DNA of 63,328 bases, counting the filler, from Craspedostauros australis (Eukaryota), in assembly GCA_030167865.1 (NCBI GenBank). It is 12 parts of 12 records of this genome, joined end to end, with 100 filler letters (N's around TTAATTAATTAA, not from the genome) between each part and the next. Parts side by side here need not be neighbours in the genome. Positions count along the whole stretch, not along the records: positions 58,810 to 62,079 come from JALAGF010000966.1; positions 62,180 to 63,328 come from JALAGF010000971.1; 10 more parts are not named here. The stretch is one strand, 5' to 3'. Positions 58,810 to 63,328 of the stretch are shown piece after piece. Under the pieces are notes generated by a model. That model was given only the letters and a program-made list of their open reading frames with translations. It made no database searches and was not told the DNA's origin. How positions within the stretch are numbered: the first letter of the stretch is position 1; every line of letters starts with the position of its first letter. The position numbers and the translations under genes are program-made.

Positions 58810-61800
58810 AGCGTAGTTCATCTCTGATGGGACAAATCTGACTTCCATCTCTCCGCTCTGGACCATCTCCTTGATGAAATGATTCGATACATCAATGTGT
58901 TTGGTCCTGACTCCAACCTGCTGGTTCCTGGTCATGAAGATTGCGCCAGTGTTGTCTGCATGCAGCACAATGTCTGTATCCAGACCAGTCATCTCATCCA
59001 AGAGCATCTTCACGAATTTGCACTCCGTCGCACAGAGCGCCATGGACACGTACTCTGCTTCCGTGCTCGACAAAGTCACACTCTTCTGTGTCTTCGATTG
59101 CCAGCTCACCAGACAACCGCCAACCGTCACGATGTGTCCGGATATGCTTCGACGATTGTCCTTGTTGGTTGCGTAGTCCGAGTCGCTCCAGGCTTCGACG
59201 ATCATCTTCTGCGGCTTGCGCAGCTTGATCGCGTACTTTCCTTCCTTCGCGATCTCTGCTTCAATGTAGCCGATGACCCTTGCCATTGCTTTCCAATGTG
59301 CCTCAGTTGGGTGCTCCAGATGGGATGCAAGATCTCTGATTGCATTCGCACACTCTGGTCCAACCTTCTTCATCATCCACAAGAGCTTGCCCACAATGGA
59401 ACGATATCCCTTTCGATTCACTTCTGGATCTCCTTCCTTCGCTTTCTCAAGCGTGGTGGACGGGTATGCAGGTGTTTCAAAGAATCTGACTTGCTTGCCA
59501 TGATGCGATTTGAACTCCGCAATCATCTGGCCTACAAAGTCATCCATGTTCACCTCCAGGCACTTCCCATCCGAGTCTGTCAACTTTCGATACCAGACTC
59601 CGAGATGCTTCGTGAGTTCACCGAGATCCGTGATGTTGAATTTCTTTGCAATCTCCATCTTCACCCATTCCACGATATCCTCTTCTCCTCCGATGGCTGC
59701 ATCATCGACGTACACAATGACCAAAGCTGCCACCCGTCCGTTGCGTTTGAGAGTGAACAGACATGGGTCTGCGAGGCTCTTGTCGAATCCGATCTGCACC
59801 AGAGCAATGGTAAACGTCTTCATCCATGCTCTTGGTGCTTGCACCGTCCCGTACACTGCTTTCAGCAGTCTCGCCACGTGTTCAGATCTGTATCTGGAGT
59901 TGTCCTTGCCTTCGAGATCTCCGTCCAGGAACCCTTCCGGAATCTCCACGTACACTTCCTCTTCGATGTGCGCGTTCAGGAAAGCTGCCTCCACGTCCAA
60001 TGCTTCGATCACCCATCCAGGATTCGCCAGGCACACTGCGAGCATCGTCCGGATCGTCGTGTCACTCGCCACAGGTGAGAAAGACTCCGTGAAATCAACT
60101 CCAGGAATCTGCTCATAGCCCTTCACCACCAATCTGGCTTTGTATCGAGTCGACCCATCCTGTTCCAGCTTCTTCACAAAGATCCATCTGGATTGCAAAG
60201 CGATCCTTCCATCCCCCATCCTCTTGCGATCCATGATGGCCAGGCAATCGCGAATCCGAAAATTCTCGACCTCCTTCATCGCTGCCTTCTTCCACTCCTC
60301 GCAGTCGGGTCTGGACAGCGCTTCGCCAAGGGTCTTTGGCAGTCCAGGGTCGGAAGTCAAGGATGCATTGAACACAGCCAGGATCTTTCCATGTTTGAAT
60401 CTGGTGTTGGGTTTGCCATCATCGATGTCGTCGACTGTCATTGGCTGCCAGGTCGCCAGCCTTGCGCGCTCTCGATCCAGCTTTGTGCGTGGTTCTGCCT
60501 TGGCTCGTGGTGGAATCACAGGTTGCTCATCCAAATCGACGGAGATCATGTCATCATCTTCCTTGGCTTCACTCTCATCGCTAACCAGCGGTCCTCCAGC
60601 ATCGAGTAAGATGTCATACATGTTGTCCATGTCGCCATCACCGACCTCTTTATCGATGTCAAAGGTCTTGCCTTGGATGACTTCTTCGTCGTCGTCTGAG
60701 GGAATAACGTGGGGTATACCTTTGATCGACACCTCCTTGGCCCGTTTGGCGCCGCCCGTCACTCTGATCCCATCCATCTCACGCAAGATCGATTTCGGTT
60801 TTGTCTTCGACTTCACCGGAGATTCCAATGTCACCGCTTTCGTCGCGCCCTTCGTCGCATCGATGATATCCACTCCATCGGTCAGGTTCGATCCATGCCA
60901 CTCCATCCAGTTTACATCTCTGGACAAGATCACCTTCTTTGTGTCCAGTTTGTACATCCTGTAGGTGTCGCCGGAATGGTTGTCGGCGTATCCGATCATC
61001 ACTGCCTTGGTTGCTTTCGGACTCATCTTCGGTTGCTTCGTAGGGTCCTTGACGTACGCAATCCTTGCCCACTCTGTCAGGTTCTGGTAAAGCCTGGGAG
61101 TCTGCCCATAGAAGATTTCATCTGGACATCCCTTGCCTTTCTCCACCACAGTCAGGTTGTTGAGGCGGGTTGCTGTGTGAACGGCCTCCGCCCACAGCAT
61201 TCCCTGTGATTCTGACGTCATCTTCGCATCCAGCATCAAAGCCAGCGCCGAGTCTCGAATCGTAACAAAACCTCGCTCCACGACTCCATTCATCTGTGGG
61301 GTGTGGGGTGCGGTGTATTCCAGCTCGATCCCATGCTCGTCACAAATCCTCATCAGCTTGCTCTGGTTCTCTCCAGCGTTGTCGCACCGAATTGCATTCA
61401 CCTTCAGTCCCGTTCCGTCTAGCTTCACTACCAACTCTTTCACCTTCGCGGCCAGCTGGCTCTTTGCCTTGAGGAAATAACTCCACTTCTTTCTGGAGAA
61501 CTCATCCACCACTAGCAACCAATAGTTGCTTCCCTTCGCCGTCTTTTTGTACGGTCCGGAGATGTCCAGAAAGAGGCGATCAGCCACCTTGGAGGCCTTC
61601 TCCATCGCCATCTTCCTTACTCCTTTGGCCTTGGCTTTTGCCATGGCGCATGCTTCGCAGGACTTCCACACTCCAGTGAGCTTCCATCCGGCTGCCGCTG
61701 CCGTTAGCTTGGTGTACCGCTCGTTGGGATGCCCCAAGATACGATGCGCGCGATTGATGTCCATCACCGTCTTCCTCGCACTATCTCCTTTCTTCTCCGC

Positions 61801-62079
61801 CTGCATCACCGCTCTGGCTAGTTTTGGTTGCGGCTTGCACTTCAGGAAGTAGAGATCTGCTTCTCCATGTCCTGGTTCCCTGTGGAAGATCATTTGGTTC
61901 TTCATGTCTGAATGGCCGATCTCGATGGTATCCCGCCTGCCCCGTATCTCACATCCTTTCTCCAGGAATATGGGAATACTGATGATGTTGTGGGCGAATC
62001 CTGGCACCACATACACCGTCTTCAGGACGAACTTGGTTCCTTCCACCGTCTCACCATGGAATTCTCCCACATGAGTTGG
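58810..62079 (-). mobile_element. Copia pol fragment (integrase, RT, RNase H), uninterrupted frame
   Basis: HRILGH...CEAC; LDISGP; RCDNAGE; QMNGVVER; YKARLVVKG; VYVDD; WSDSDYA; RTKHIDV. Confidence 0.93.
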
Positions 62080-62179
62080 NNNNNNNNNNNNNNNNNNNNN
62101 NNNNNNNNNNNNNNNNNNNNNNNTTAATTAATTAANNNNNNNNNNNNNNNNNNNNNNNNNNNNNNNNNNNNNNNNNNNN

Positions 62180-63328
62180 CCAGTGGCACGCTTTGTACCA
62201 TCCCCACCCCTCGCCAACTACCCAACCATTCTCTACGGTCCAACCCCTGCGTCCCCTCCAACGCATGCCAACTACAACTATCCCACAGGAGGTGGGCACT
62301 ACAACGCTGCGATGCCAACTGTTGGGTATGATGCAAACTTGCATTCTGCTTTCGTTGGCATCCCAAACTACCCCATGCCACCTATGGTTGCCACGCCTGC
62401 TCCATACGGTACCTCTCCAATGCCACCAATTGCACACGGCATGCCAATCACCTGCTTTGGCAACTTGAAATGTCAAGATTGTGGTATCGTGTTCTGCGGT
62501 TGCTGCAATCCGGCATATGCGAGACTCTCGTTCTGCCCGCAATGTGGAGCAAACCATGAAGGAGCTGGGCAGGTGGGCTTTGCTCCAGATGGCCGCAATC
62601 AAAACCACTCCGAAACGGCACCTCGTCCGCATGTCCAAGCGAATCGCAGCGTTGTCATGCCTGCTCCAGTCCCAACCAGCATTGACAATGATCGCGATGG
62701 TGATACGATGATGGGTGACACCATCATCAACAACGAAGCCTCAGCCTCTGGATGGCCAACCTGGACGAAGGATATGTCTGCAAAGCAAAAGCTCGTATCC
62801 CTCTTCGGTATGGCTGGCAGAGACACAAATGTGCTCACAGACTTCCTGAAGGGTGGATATCCAGGGATCTCAACCAAGTCTAATAGACATCATTGGGACT
62901 GCATGGAACAAGCTTGGGGCGAGCAGGTTTCCATGTTTTGGACCACAGCTTCCCCCAACACCAAGGCTCCACCCCAACTGTGCGATGCCATCAAGTATGT
63001 CCGACATGACAAGGCTCTCCCTCCTGCAGGATTGTTGGAGACTGTCTGCCTCTTCACCTTCTTTGGAAACAACAATTTCTCCAGAGCTGCACGTGCGATG
63101 CTGGCATGCACATGCGGTGCCACACAATGTGAGCGTATCCTGCAATTGCACTATCGCGCCCTACCAACAGAAGAACAAGCCAAGGTTGCCAACACTCGAA
63201 TCACCATGCGCCAAGACACACACAGTCGATTCAAGGATTTGGCAGACACGCTTCTTTCTGGGAAGTCAATTCCCAAAATAGAGCGGCCTTTCCGTCCACC
63301 CGAAGACTCCCTCAAGAATGCCATCTCG
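62180..63328 (+). CDS. Copy 2 of the Cys-cluster multicopy ORF, open at both ends
   Basis: From ~62397 it aligns closely with 54058-54990, and has an additional Pro/Tyr-rich upstream segment. Confidence 0.6.

Noticed and set aside
9570..62179. Recurrent TTAATTAATTAA as piggyBac TTAA sites or a biological repeat
   Set aside because: It is always embedded in N runs of identical layout, so it is an artificial linker. Gene neighbourhoods across linkers are meaningless.

Overview
This is eukaryotic DNA, most consistent with a diatom or related stramenopile. The basis is short GT-AG introns, signal peptides followed by F/W typical of plastid targeting, KxxK-rich secreted proteins and Copia elements resembling diatom CoDi. 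The window is not contiguous: eleven N-TTAATTAATTAA-N linkers join separate contigs. The most striking feature is an apparently complete ~6.64 kb DNA transposon (223-6863). It has CC...GG terminal inverted repeats, a probable ATAT target duplication and layered direct and inverted subterminal repeats. It encodes one three-exon, ~1826-aa protein in which a YqaJ/lambda-exonuclease (PD-(D/E)XK) domain is inserted inside a piggyBac-type DDD transposase core. Other mobile DNA includes a solo LTR with a 5-bp TSD, a PIF/Harbinger-like two-gene fragment, several Copia fragments and a near-complete Copia element with a predicted -1 frameshift (G GGU UUU) and a half-tRNA-Met primer site. Host genes include a Nudix hydrolase, ankyrin, PH-domain and LRR proteins, a YjjX-like ITP/XTPase, deoxyhypusine synthase, a zinc finger/TruA-like/2OG-Fe(II) oxygenase fusion, two GT32 paralogs and an ATG22-like MFS transporter. 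All assignments come from recognising motifs by eye; no database searches were run.
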